A DNA stretch of 64,000 nt from Minutocellus sp. GHC0000111 (lineage: Eukaryota): the NCBI GenBank assembly GCA_977018835.1, contig OZ361256.1, forward strand, positions 5,208,001 to 5,272,000, read 5' to 3'. Under the pieces are notes generated by a model. It searched no databases and was not told the DNA's origin. It saw only the letters and a program-made list of their open reading frames with translations. This document shows, piece after piece, positions 50,893-62,597 of the stretch; the stretch's first letter is position 1; each line of letters opens with the position of its first letter. The position numbers were made by a program, and so were the translations under genes.

Positions 50893-51289
50893 GGTGTCGC
50901 TCGGGTTGTTTGGGAAATGTTGAAAGGTCGTAAAACGCCGAATGGTTTTTGAGGGCCTTTCTACATACGTACCTACTAGCTAGTAGCTAGAGTAGCCTAG
51001 GTACAAAACAAGGGGGCAGTAGCTGGGGCAGTGACGTGGCGGAGAAACACGCACGAGATTCGAGAAAGATGCATTTGCCGCGCGCGTGGAATGGCAAGAG
51101 AGCAACTGAGGAGTGTGGTGATGAATGTTCAACGAAGATCAAAAGGTAGCATGAGCAGTTAGTTTCACCATTGGCGGTTACATTTATTCTTATTCATTCA
51201 CTGCCTTTGCATGTGCTGTCTTTCTTTTTGAAAAAAATGATAGTATTAATTAAATTTTGCGATAACCGCGATCAGACGTACAAATTCAT

Positions 51290-51363
51290 GCCTGCGTAGC
51301 TCAGTTGGTTAGAGCACTTCATTAGTAATGAAGAGGCCGGTAGTTCGAATCTGCCCGTAGGCT
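51290..51363 (+). tRNA. tRNA-Thr(AGT)
   Basis: Acceptor GCCTGCG/CGTAGGC; D-arm GCTCAGTTGGTTAGAGC; anticodon stem CTTCA/TGAAG with loop TTAGTAA; GTTCGAATC; T-run terminator directly downstream. Confidence 0.95.
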
Positions 51364-51394
51364 AAATTTTTGCCCCCTACGGCTTCCTCTTTAC

Positions 51395-51535
51395 CATCCC
51401 ATGGGTCCTTAGCTATCTTTTGGTCAATCTCCGAGGTCGATCCGACCTATATTCGTCGAGATGTGGGCCTGCAACTATAAATTTTATTGGCGGACGAGCG
51501 AACAAATGAGCTCTCTTGTGAAAACACATGTTTTG
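51395..51535. repeat. Diverged ~140-bp direct repeat, copy 1
   Basis: catcccatgg(g)tcctTAgctatcttttggtc...gaacaaa(t)gagctct...tgaaaa aligns with 52871-53019. Confidence 0.8.
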
Positions 51536-51555
51536 TCGTAGAGTCAACACATGTG

Positions 51556-51733
51556 CAGTCGGTCCCCGAAAATAAGCATGTTCAATATGCTTGTTTGAGA
51601 CCTCAGATTTTGGGCCTATTGCTTATTCTAAGATAGAATTGGCATCTCATTCGTGTTAAAATGCCTTGTTCCAAAACAAGCATGCTGAGACCTCAGCTCC
51701 AGAATGGACATGCTTGTTTTCGGGGACGGACTG
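51556..51733. mobile_element. 178-bp MITE with CAGTC termini
   Basis: 29-bp TIRs CAGTC(G/C)GTCCCCGAAAA(T/C)AAGCATGT(T/C)CA with 3 mismatches; flanked by TG on both sides. Confidence 0.85.
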
Positions 51734-51861
51734 TGCGTACGTGCATGCGACATCGGTGCCCTCCGTTTCCTTTTACATCGTGCATGCTACATGCTAGTAC
51801 ATAATATTTTTATGTGTATTATATATATATATACATATACATGTCCAAAGGGCAACACCAT

Positions 51862-52040
51862 TTTAATAGATCCGACATTCATCTAACTATTTGAGCCCCT
51901 TCAATAGATTTGACATTCATTTAATTATTTGAGCCCCTTTAACAGACCCGATATTCATTTAATTATCGATATTCATTTAATTATTTGAGCCCCTTTAATA
52001 GACCCGATATTCATTTAATTACTTGAGCCCCTTTAATAGG
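51862..52040. repeat. AT-rich ~38-bp tandem repeat, about 4.5 copies
   Basis: Unit approximately tttaatagacccgatattcatttaattatttgagcccc, with one partial internal duplication. Confidence 0.9.
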
Positions 52041-52063
52041 CCCTGGCGCCATCGTTGGCAGAT

Positions 52064-52741
52064 TCATTCATTCTTCTTCTCTTCCTCGGGGGTGAAGTCG
52101 AATGCCTCGAAGACACTTGGCAATGGCCGTCCCAAGCTCTTCATGCACCATGGAAGCTTGCCATCGTCAACCTGATGCTGACGGCAGTGATGGTGACAAG
52201 CTGAGCACCGGAGGAAGGTCAGCAAATGTTCGAAGAGCAAAGGAACTATGGTCTTGGCTGTTTTAAAGTTCGACGGATGGTCGCCTTTCATCGATGTGAG
52301 CCAGTGATCGGGCTGGAACAAAGCCATAAAGTCGACGAAGCTGGAGAATTGGCTACGAACTGTGCGCCACTTCTCCTCCCACTCATTGTCATCCGATGAT
52401 TTGGGCAACCCCATGACCCAGAGACACCTCGAGGAATTGTTGGGATGGCATCCGTCCGTCGTTCGACTCGGCGAGTAGGCTTTTGTTTTTGATCTTTTTC
52501 CTGGCCCGCCATGTTTCTTTGTTCTTTTGGCTTTCCTTCTGTCCAGGTTGGAACTTCTAATCGCTTTTGGTTGTGATTTTAATGCTTTGGAAAGACAAAC
52601 AGTGGATTTCACTGCATTCACGGAACTATCAAAGTGGCGAAGTGAGGGGCATGGTTTGTTACTTAACCACACCAACCATGGCCAGAAACACAATCCTTCC
52701 ACTTGTTGTAGCCTAGAGCAAGTGCCTGTAAAAGCAAGCAA
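52064..52741 (-). pseudogene. ORF remnant within the repeat nest; unassigned
   Basis: 225-codon ORF without an ATG start, beginning in a tandem repeat and bracketed by repeats; no recognisable domain. Confidence 0.3.
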
Positions 52742-52770
52742 GTGCCTGTAAAAGCAAGCAAGTGCCTGTA
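52717..52770. repeat. 20-bp tandem repeat, about 2.7 copies
   Basis: agcaagtgcctgtaaaagca repeated with period 20. Confidence 0.9.
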
Positions 52771-52870
52771 GACTGGAATCGAATCCTTGCTACGCACACA
52801 AAGTGCATGTTGACTCTCTCTCGTCTGCAAGAACTGCGCATGGTCCGACCAACCACCTAGTCCATGCCGA

Positions 52871-53019
52871 CATCCCATGGTCCTTACATGTAGCTATCTT
52901 TTGGTCCATCCCCAATGTCAATCAGATCGATATTTTTTGAGGTGTGGACCTATAACTGTTGTTTTATTATTTGCTGAGGAGAGTGAACAAAAGAGCTCTG
53001 ATGAAAATGCATGTTGTTG
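52871..53019. repeat. Diverged ~140-bp direct repeat, copy 2, carrying TACATGTA at 52885-52892
   Basis: Aligns to 51395-51535 with a 6-bp CATGTA insertion and CpG-to-TpG/CpA changes. Confidence 0.8.
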
Positions 53020-53468
53020 CACGTGCGTGCATGCATGTGATGATGTCAGCACACACATAGATCTACATGTGCATGTGCCGTAGGTGACTCGATTGATTCC
53101 TATGCAGAGTGTGCTTAGCTTCTACGTAATACTTTCTATTGACAATGCCATTCCCAAGCCCTCTACTGTACGGCCGGCCCATCCGGTCCTACATGTGCAT
53201 GTGACTGTGGATTGCTTGGCAATGTCAATTCTGCTTGTTGGCTCCGTTCTCCGAAGCATCAAACTCATCCACACCGCGTGGAGATCTGCGAGGCCTCCTC
53301 TCATTCCAAAGAGCATGTTGTAGTCTTCCAGCATTGGCGGCGAAGGATATCGCTATCGATCTGTAACATGTATCGGTAGTGAACTGGGTCTCTATATATA
53401 TTGAATTTATCACGTCACCAGCAACTTACCGGTGACGCATCCTCCATGTAGATCTAGATCTAGTAGCC

Positions 53469-54737
53469 CTACGACACCACATTGAAATGATTCAATCTCG
53501 CCGCATCAGCTGCTGCTGGAGCTGCATTCTTTTTTACTGCACTGCATACCAATTCATTACCATCTTCAACCCTGCCATTCGTTACAGCCTTTTGTTGCAC
53601 AAATGTTTTTGGTTGCTCCTCCTTCTTTTCTTCTCTGTCGTCGTCCTCCTGCTCCTGTTCCACTTCACCACCATCGCCGCCACCACCACCACCATGTCCC
53701 CAGTAGTCGGCAGCATCCAAGGCAACCATACAGCTCTCCCTCACAACGACATCGTGGTCGTTCAGAAATTCACGCAGTATCACCTCGCAATCCTCCCATC
53801 GGCCCTCGATCGCACCGAGAGCCTCGGCACTTTCGTGTCTGACCATTGCATGCTCTCCCGTCCGTCGGAGTCTTTCTGCCAACGATTCAACCGAGGACGA
53901 ATGCTGCATCTGACCAAGGACGTAGGCCACCTCGTGGCGTAGTAGAGCACTGCTCTTGTCCTCGACCAATGCCCTGCCCAATTCCAAGACACAATCTTCT
54001 TCGCCCTTGTTGCGAAGTGAAAACATGGCCCGATATCGCTCAAACAACGGCAGAGTTTCGTCCCTGAGAATAGCTCCAATTTCTGATGCCGACATTGCGG
54101 CATGTTTGGGATGGGGTGGGGCAGGATCGATGCTGGAATAGGGACTGAGCATACACGCACAGGCCATGGGCTCCTCGATTCCACTGGCATCTCCTCCGTT
54201 GGACTTCCACTGCATATGATCGAGGGCCAACTGGCAGGTCTGGCCAATCTCTGGCGAGTTGGGATTGGCCGCAATGGCCGCCTCGAGGACGGATACCGAG
54301 CGCTGGGCGGCAATCGCTCCCAGCGCCTCGCCACATTCGTGACGGACCATGACGCAGTCGTTCTCGTTCAGCAACGTTTGTTCCAGAGCAGGACAGCACC
54401 GCTCATCTCGCAGTTGGCCCATCACATATGCAAATTCGTGACGGAGCAGCGATCCATGTCGCGGATCGCAAAGACCTACGCCCAGCAGTTGGATCACCTT
54501 GTTGGCAACAATGTCTTCGGGTGTCGTTGTGCCTGCTGCTGCTGACGCCGTCTTTTGCTCATCGTTGCCGTCCTCATTTTCGCCGGTTGTGGCATATGAT
54601 GTGCTGGCACCATTTCGAATGGCGTTATCGTATTGCTGGCGAAGAAAGTAGGCGGCGCGCATCCGCATCCCCACGGGAGATGTTTCTGGTGATCTGACGG
54701 CCTCCTCCAGGGCCGGTAGCGGCGGTGCTTCCCACAT
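53469..54737 (-). CDS. DOHH: Deoxyhypusine hydroxylase
   Basis: Four HE motifs in HEAT-like repeats: LLRHEFAYVMGQ, MVRHECGEALGAI, LLRHEVAYVLGQ and MVRHESAEALGAI; SPYSSIDPAPP linker. Confidence 0.96.
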   Translation of the reverse strand: MWEAPPLPALEEAVRSPETSPVGMRMRAAYFLRQQYDNAIRNGASTSYATTGENEDGNDEQKTASAAAGTTTPEDIVANKVIQLLGVGLCDPRHGSLLRHEFAYVMGQLRDERCCPALEQTLLNENDCVMVRHECGEALGAIAAQRSVSVLEAAIAANPNSPEIGQTCQLALDHMQWKSNGGDASGIEEPMACACMLSPYSSIDPAPPHPKHAAMSASEIGAILRDETLPLFERYRAMFSLRNKGEEDCVLELGRALVEDKSSALLRHEVAYVLGQMQHSSSVESLAERLRRTGEHAMVRHESAEALGAIEGRWEDCEVILREFLNDHDVVVRESCMVALDAADYWGHGGGGGGDGGEVEQEQEDDDREEKKEEQPKTFVQQKAVTNGRVEDGNELVCSAVKKNAAPAAADAARLNHFNVVS

Positions 54738-55228
54738 GGTTGGTGCTGATGAATGAAAAGCTGCGTGTCAGGTGTTTTTGGTGTATTTTGTGGGGGTGAT
54801 TTGGAGGCCTGACACCCAGGGGGGGGTACCCACTCTCAGTCAGCATGCTTCATGTGCTACATTGCACTAAGCACGTGTGCAGTGGGCTTTTGTCATCTAC
54901 CGTTGGTGGTAGCTCTTGTGTGGCTGACTGAGTTGCTACTTACTGGGGGTGCAACTTGTCTTGTGTAGCAGTGGCAACGTTGCAGCAGCTACATGTGCGC
55001 ATGTGTTGTGTAGCAGGAGAGGAGCTCGGTGTTGTGCCCCGCATTGATGATGGGTCGGACCCGCAGAGTGGCCCGGTCGCCCTCTAATTGCTGGGATGAC
55101 GATGACCTGTTCATTCCTGCACACACTCACTTCCTCCTGCTGCTTCACTTGCTCCTCCTCACTAACCGGATGGCTAAAAACTGTCCATTCTGTTAGTTGA
55201 CTTTTTTCTTTTGATTTTTTTTTTGGTT

Positions 55229-55317
55229 CGGCACTCCGTGCTAACGCGGGGTCCTTCTCTCTCTGGCGGTGGCGGCTTTCTTTTCTAAATCAATACTACG
55301 GCACTCCGTGCTAACGC
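55229..55317. repeat. 19-bp perfect direct repeat, period 70, after a T-rich tract
   Basis: cggcactccgtgctaacgc at 55229-55247 and 55299-55317. Confidence 0.9.
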
Positions 55318-55833
55318 CTGTCGGTGGCGTGGGTTAGCTTCGACTTGCTAAGGACAATGCTTGGTGTTGCGGAGTGACCAATGTGCATTGCCGACCGAGT
55401 CTGTTCGTTTTTTTCGCCTTAGACTCGCGCTGTTTTTGTGGAGCGGATTTCTCGTCTAGCTGACTGGCTGCCGAAACCGGACCTGCTTAGCGCTCTTGCG
55501 CATTACCTACTTTGTGTAACTGACCGGTTCAGCGTGTTGGTTGGGGTCGGTAGGACGTTTTTCCGCCAGCAGCGGATGGACGGGCCGGTGGTGTGGTCAA
55601 TCTGAGTTTTTTGAAAAAAAACATATTTTGACCATTATGCTACGTCATCGTGACATCGCAGGCTTGTCTTCTTTCTGTCGATCGAGTCGGTTTTTCCGTT
55701 GCCCGCCGCTGTGCCATTCGGCATCGGTATGTGCCATTCGCGTGGTTGAGTACCCGGCATTGCTCGGCGCGCTCATCGCATTGTATCATCGCTTGGACTC
55801 TCATTCCCCTCCAACTTGTCCTCGCGATAAATC

Positions 55834-56697
55834 ATGCCTGTTACTCCCGTCCCATTACGCAGCGTGTCTTATCGCTCTCCCGCGGCCGACGCGGCCGAGA
55901 CGCTCGTTGCTGTTGCCCGCCTCATGAAATCTGACGCCGGTGCATACATGATTGGCCGGCTTCGGTTCGAATGCGGCAGCTCCCCCTCCGCCGTCGATCA
56001 CTTCGACGCTGGCGTACTCCTATCGGAGGACTTCCGAGCCGCTGTTGCGTCGTTTCCCGGCTTACCGAGCAGTGGCTATGGCGGGCCGGACGGGATCGTT
56101 TGTCCTCTGCTCGAGAAGGAGGCGACGTTCCGCTCCTTTGCCGATCCGTTGCGGCTGACTGTCACTTTGCGCCAGGTCCTGGTCATTATCGACCAACTAT
56201 TTTTCGTGAAGGAACTGTCCGGTGGTCAATGCTGTTATCGTCGGCGGCTCGGCGCTGGTGACGTATGCTGGGATGGCGTGCTTCGGTTTATCAATGACCC
56301 GTGTCTCTGTATCGACGACTCGCTTTTCCATCCCGACATAACGAAGTTCGTATCGTCCATCCGCAACTCCGGCAGTACTTCTAGCGGCAGCATCGTGGAG
56401 AGCTGTGGCTCAAACTTTGCCGAGTTCTTGATACTCACTTGGGTTCCCGGTTGTGACGAGCGTCCCATAGTGTCCTCTTTAATGGCTCTCGACAAGCGCA
56501 ACATTGCCAGTGATCGGGCGAACTTAGTTGACATGGCGTCCAGCGACTCGCCCATGACTGGTAATTTGGCCGATTTTTTCTCCTCTCTCGCCGCGTCTCG
56601 CATGTCGATCGGCGTGAATGAATTAGCACCGAAGTCTCTTCTATACCGGTTCCTCCGGGACAGGTTTGTCCGTGGTCCTGATTACTACCAGCTATAA
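55834..56697 (+). CDS. Orphan protein, 287 aa
   Basis: Intact ATG-to-stop ORF with globular-looking composition; no motif recognised. Confidence 0.5.
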   Translation: MPVTPVPLRSVSYRSPAADAAETLVAVARLMKSDAGAYMIGRLRFECGSSPSAVDHFDAGVLLSEDFRAAVASFPGLPSSGYGGPDGIVCPLLEKEATFRSFADPLRLTVTLRQVLVIIDQLFFVKELSGGQCCYRRRLGAGDVCWDGVLRFINDPCLCIDDSLFHPDITKFVSSIRNSGSTSSGSIVESCGSNFAEFLILTWVPGCDERPIVSSLMALDKRNIASDRANLVDMASSDSPMTGNLADFFSSLAASRMSIGVNELAPKSLLYRFLRDRFVRGPDYYQL

Positions 56698-56953
56698 ACT
56701 GCGACGCATGTGCTTTCCTAATGTGCTTTCCTAGTGCTTACCACCGCGGCCTCACTATGATTATTGTATCCGAATGGTTTATTTTTGGCCATTCAGTTAA
56801 TCAGTTCTAATGCGCTTTGCATGCTTCTGCGTGTACTCGCGTACTTTTCTCGCCACTGGTTAATCTAGCTAATATGGTTCGTTGCTTTCCCAGTAAGTGA
56901 TCTGTTTTGTTTTTGATATAAATAAATACTACATATATCTTTCACTCCTGCCC

Positions 56954-59900
56954 TCACTTTTCATTTGTCCCGTTTCGATCTCGTCTTATCTTTTTGGCCG
57001 CTGGCTTTTTCCTGTCCTCTCTGTCCCTCTTATTTTCTATCTTTCTCTGTCGTTTCCGCTGCCTCGCGCCGGATGATGTTGGGCTTGACGAATTTTCTTC
57101 GCTGTCATCAGTAGCTCGGTTGTGTCTTTCTGCCGGTGGCTGGGCCATCCCCTCATGGGCCTCTGGCTCGTGATCTTCGTCGCTATCACTATCGAGAACT
57201 CCTATCGTATTTGACAGGGACTCATTACTTGGCATGTTGGAGTATAGTTCATCCCTCTCGTCATGGTAGGTCGCTTCTGTGGACTGTATCTCATCGAGCC
57301 TTGCTTCGAACAACGATTTCATACTTCGTGCCAGTACCTTCGCGTCTCCGATGTCCTCCGCCTCCTCTATTTGCGTGATAACTTTTACCGAGCTTCGTAG
57401 GAGCTTGGCAGCTTCGACGTATTGCTCTCGGTCTGCTAGCATGACGCTGTCGAACGTCCCCTTGAATTCTTCGAGGATGTCTTCTGCTTCTCCTTCATCA
57501 TCTTCGCCATCATTTTCGCCATCATCATCGGCCGCATCCTCAGTATTCTTTTGCGCGGCTTCGCTGTTTTTCGCCTTACCCTTAGCGCGAGCTGGCGTGT
57601 GAGTTTTACATGGATAAAGGGTATCGCTTTGTGAGTTGATGACAATTTGGCCAACTCGTAGATCTAATCATCACGGCTTTTTCTCTCATGATGGAACTTA
57701 CCTCGCTTTCCTTTTGTTTCGGCACTGACATTTTCTCTCATCCAGTCAACATCCTCGATGACTGGTAGCGTGCCACTGCCGGTGCCGTAGTACATCTTAT
57801 TAAATACCACGTCGAATTGATTCTCCCGTGAGATCATGCCGTGGTGTTCGACGTTTCCGTAGGAGTAGTCGCGGTGATTTAGAAGAACTTGGTTCGTTCG
57901 GATAAAGTCTTGGTTCTGATCATACCTAGGTACACTGTCTGGATGCCAAAGAAGTGTTGGGCCTTGCGTGGGTTCTGCCATTGCTCCTTTGTGAATTGAT
58001 CGTACGTTCTCAGTGCGAAGAAGAATGCCCCACTGTCGGTAGTTATGTTGGGGGAACCGACCATCCAGTACTGCTGCTCCTTTTCGGTTGGCTCTCGACC
58101 CTCCGCTTCGGCGGCATTCACGATTCTTTTCTTTTCTTCATCAGGAATCCGCCCAAAGATTGCTTCCATCGCTTCCAACTCATGGTTCCCCGACGTAGTT
58201 AGCACTGTCTGCTCTTGCTCGGCAGTATCCGGCGGTATCTCTCCGGTCGTTGCGTGATGGACTGCTCTCGCAAAGGCTGACAGTCGAAGGAACTCGTGAT
58301 GGAGCGTCGGCACTTTTCTTTCGCCGAGCTTCAGACTACTCGAGAATGCGTACAATGCTGACTGATAGAAACTTGCACGCCAGATAAATTTCAATTTCGC
58401 ATTGGCGGAACTCAGGTCTTCTTTCTTCCTCGGCACTTTGCGGGGTATTTTGGAGTCGTCATACGCTTTCTTGTAACTGGCAGTGATTTTCTTCGCGACG
58501 ATTACGAGCTCACAGAGTAGCTGATCCGTGCAGTGACGCGTCGGCAAGAAGGCGGCCAGTGAATTCACGCCTCCTGGCACTGCTGACACAGTTAGTATGA
58601 CTTCCAAGCTAGCGAGCAGGTGTGGCGGCGCCAATGTGTGATATTTGTCGTGCATCATCTCGGTTTTGCCGTATTTATACGAGCCTGGGGTGTAGAGGCT
58701 GGAAGCGTAGCTCTTACGCGAAGTGGCGGTGTTGAGTTTAGGTACGAGCGTCTCGACGAACCAATGCATACTTTCGCCGGCTGTTTTGTGCTTCTCACCC
58801 TTGAGTCTCTTCGTTTTTGCTACGTGATCTTCGAAGAGCCTGTGCCACACGTTACCGGTCCCAATGCTGTCTGTTATTATCTTGGACAGCTCTTTAAGCA
58901 GTGCTCTGCGATTACGCTCAGGAACCTCATCATATTTTCCGTTGGTGTACTTTCCTCTTCCGTAATAATTCTCATTGGTGAGGGTCCTCATTACTCCCGC
59001 TCGGATCAGGTCCGCTGCGACACCGGTCAGTTCGTGAAGAGCGTCGTTGAATGTCATGCCGTCATCGAATGTGCTACTCTCCGCGGCCTGCTCGCTTCTT
59101 TTGACCAATCGGTCGATAGACATGTACGGCACCGTGATCAGATTCACCTCACCATACAGCGTTGCATCCACGGGAATGACCTGCACCTTCTCAGGAATGT
59201 GCCCATGGGGATTTTCGTAGCCGGTGTCATCCTGCAGCTCTGGTGCCTGTATGCTGTCATAGCAGCCGTATCCGTCACTGCTGACTAGGCTTCTCATGAT
59301 CCGACTTCCGATAATCGTTGTCTTATTTCTGTTGGCCATTAACACCTAGCAATGTAGAATCATAGTGGATTCATGCACATGTGGTTAGTAACAGAACGGC
59401 CCAATATTAGCTGTTGTGTACTTGTAAGAGCTGGATATTTGCGTAAATGGTACTTACCATGAGTTTGGCGGTGCACTGGTCATCGTCAACGTCCACACCA
59501 TATAATTCGCACACCATTCGATTGAACTTAGTGACCGATGCCTGTCTGAGTCTCGTGAGGATCATCGCCAGAGTGAGCGAGCCGACTTCTTCTCCCGTGA
59601 GGTGATCGCGGACCTGCTTCTCGTCGATTATGGCAAGGTCTTCCTTTAACAGCCAGCTTTCTTTACTGCCGATCCAGTCGTCCTTAGTGGCGCTTAGCGA
59701 ATAGTCGACTTCTCTCCCTCTCTGCCCGAATATTGCCAGATCGTCCTTGCTCGATTGGAGCGTATCAACGGTCAGACTCTTATCTGATTCGCTCGCTTTA
59801 CTCATCACTTCTTCCGCGGCGCTGTGATCGCCCACCAGCAAGTGAACACCAGCATGGAGCAACCGTGGATGTAGCGGTGCCATCACCCACTCCTCCGTTC

Positions 59901-61704
59901 CCTCCGATCTCTCGGATGAGTCGCCTTCCTGCCCTTCGCCTTGATTGGCACTCACTGACTCCCCGGTGCTTAGAACAAACCTCTTGCATCCTATCGCTTC
60001 GAACCTGTCTCCTAGTTCAGTGTCGGGTAGAACTGCGAGTTGGGGCGACGCAATCGCGGGCTGCAGCAGTACTTGGCTCCCCACTTCCTGTCTCGCGAGG
60101 AGCGCATCTCCTATGCCTCGATACTTAGCGTCTCCTTGGCTCGTTTTTCGAGCGTTGCCTGCACCTAGAAAGAGGGACCGATTACCACTGTAGCTACTTC
60201 TGGCCATTGACAAGAACGACAAGCTCGTCATCTGACAATTTTCTTCACCGGCATGAATCCCATCGAGCTGCGCCGCGATGGACTGATCGCCTTCGTCTTC
60301 CTCTTCCTCTTCGTCTTCCTCTTCCTTCTCGTCATCATCTTCGCTGTCGACCAGCATGCTTCCTCCCTCGTCGTCAGAGGCGTCAGAGGCACCATCTCTG
60401 CCGCTACCACCGTTCTTACCGATGTTTCCATCGCTATCGGACATATATTCCTCCAGATCCTCTTCGTCGCTAATTTCTTTCCAGTTGAACTCGTTCTCTC
60501 CTTCCTCCTCGTCGCTATCTTGGGTTCCATTTGCTTCTTCTGCTTCGTCGTCAATGATATCACCGGCCTCTTGTTCTTCTTCTTCGGCCTCCTCTTCTTC
60601 ATCGTCGACGTCATCCTCTGATCCATCGAGTTCTCCCCCTTCATCCACTTCGTCGTCGTCACTGCCATCGCTGTCTTGGACATCATTTACTTCTTCAGCT
60701 TCGCCGTCAACGATACCACCGCCCCCCATTTCTTCTTCTTCCTCCTCTTCCTCCTCCTCCTCTTCTTCAGCTTCGTCGTCAACGATGTCACCGGCCTCCT
60801 TTTCTGCTTGTTCTTCTCCCCCCTCTTCTTCATCATCGACGTCTTCTTCGGCTCCATGTAGTCCTCCCCCCTTATCCATTTCCTCATCGTCACTGCCATC
60901 GCTATCTTCGCCTCCGATAACTTCTTCGCTATCTTTGGCATCACTTCCGTCGCTATCGCCTAGACGGGAGCTGCCCTCCATCCCTCCGCTACCCTTCGCT
61001 TCATCGATATCCTTGCCATCGTTTGCTTCGCCATCACGTTTACTTGAGTCGCTCTCTCTCTTCCTCTCACTTCCATTGTCATCGCCATGACCTGAGCCAC
61101 TCTCTCCCTTCTCCCCTTCGCCCCCCTCCTCTCCATTGAGTTTGTCATCAAGAGATGCCTTCCAAGTGACACATCTATTCCTGACGTATTCGGTTGCGCC
61201 GTCAATTTTCGTCACGCTGTCAGCATACAGAGCAACTAGCTGAAAAAATTTTCTATCCACGCGGGGATCCGTCCTGGTGTCCGCGGGTAATTGTGCATCA
61301 TACCCGGCATCTTTTCCATACGCTGTCCTGATGCCTCTGAAGAACTGACGTGACTCGTAGCAGAGAATCAGGTCCAGCTTTCCTGCTACCGATATCAGAT
61401 ACCTGACGATCCGAACCTTGCGCATTTGCCTTGCGCTTTTGCAGCATTTCGTTACCTCATCCACGAGCGGTACCTTTCTCATTGGTAGTGGCTTCCATCC
61501 GTCATCGATGATCCGGTAAATAGAATCTACAATGAATTTCCACAGTGGAAAGCCAGGCACTTCTGGATCCAAGTACTTGCTGTCAGTGTCACGGTTACTC
61601 CCTAGCTGAGCTATTGACCACCACAAGTGTCCGACAAGCAAGTAGATAGCGCGGTCCTCAGTGGCGACGGTGACGCATTCGACGCGCTTACGCTGCCAAT
61701 CCTT
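56954..61704 (-). CDS. Large spliced orphan gene (roughly 1500 aa) with a long acidic repeat region; 5' exon not resolved; frameshift near 57980
   Basis: Intron 59346-59457 (GTAAGT, TACTAAC branch point, CTAG; phase 0) and intron 57592-57701 (GTAAGT...CCAG; phase 1) join the ORFs in frame; in-frame acceptor at 61705. Confidence 0.6.
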
Positions 61705-62597
61705 CTATTGAATTAATTGTGCGACTAACACATTGGTCAAATTTTGGCCGTTCAGTTAGTTTCGAACTAACGTCATCTGGAAAGTAACCGAACATCTGGA
61801 AAGTAAAATGAAAGTGCCGTACTAGTAGCATCGAGCTGGCCCCTGGCCTGCTGCCCGACAGCCCTGGAGCAGCAGCAATGGCGGCATGGCACTATCCACT
61901 ACAGGATGTCCCCGTCGTTATTAGCTACCTCCTCGCCGACGTCGAATCGTTGGTTCGGCACGGCTCATTGCTTCAGCGTCGGTTCCTCCCGATCGGCTGG
62001 CATCTCTCTGGCAGCAGCACCAACTCAATTTCTCCACCGCGGAGCACCGGGATACTCACCATGGCTATAACTCGTCACCAGTTATGTGATATTATGAACC
62101 TCATCTCTGCAATTGCCTGGGCCGCCACCGATGCGCGTTTCGTCTTCCGAGTGGTGTTGTATCGGGAGTGCTGCCTCTGCCGCAACTGTTGTACCTCTTT
62201 TGTGATCTCTCTCAGAACTTCTGAATGTCTGCGGTGATGACGAATGCGAACTTATCGCCAATATCACCCGGATGTGACATAATGGTGGTCGTACTTTATT
62301 TAGTTGTCGATTTGACCTCGTACATAACGGCTGATAATGCTTTCGCCGGCCTCTGTGTTCTCACGAGGTCCCGCTCGTCGGTAAGAGTCACCTTTAATAT
62401 TATCGCAATAGCGAGCCCGATATTGCCACAAAGCCTTCATTATCTGGTACTGCGAGCCCGCCTACCCTTGTTGAAGTTGTGGTAGTATCTTTTGAGTCAA
62501 CCAATAATTGCTCAGGCATCTATTTCGCTCGGGCGGCAGAATAAAAAAGATCGCCGAGTATCTTCTTCTCGGCAGTTGTTCTCATCATCATCTCACC

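Noticed and set aside
51862..52040. 38-bp repeats as a CRISPR array
   Set aside because: Units are head-to-tail without unique spacers, no cas genes are present, and the context is eukaryotic
53075..53085. tgccgtagg as a duplicated tRNA 3' end (att site)
   Set aside because: Too short and imperfect, and no integrase is nearby
55195..55225. T-rich tract as the poly(A) tail of a minus-strand LINE
   Set aside because: No reverse transcriptase or endonuclease motifs in adjacent ORFs, which are convergent and contain introns
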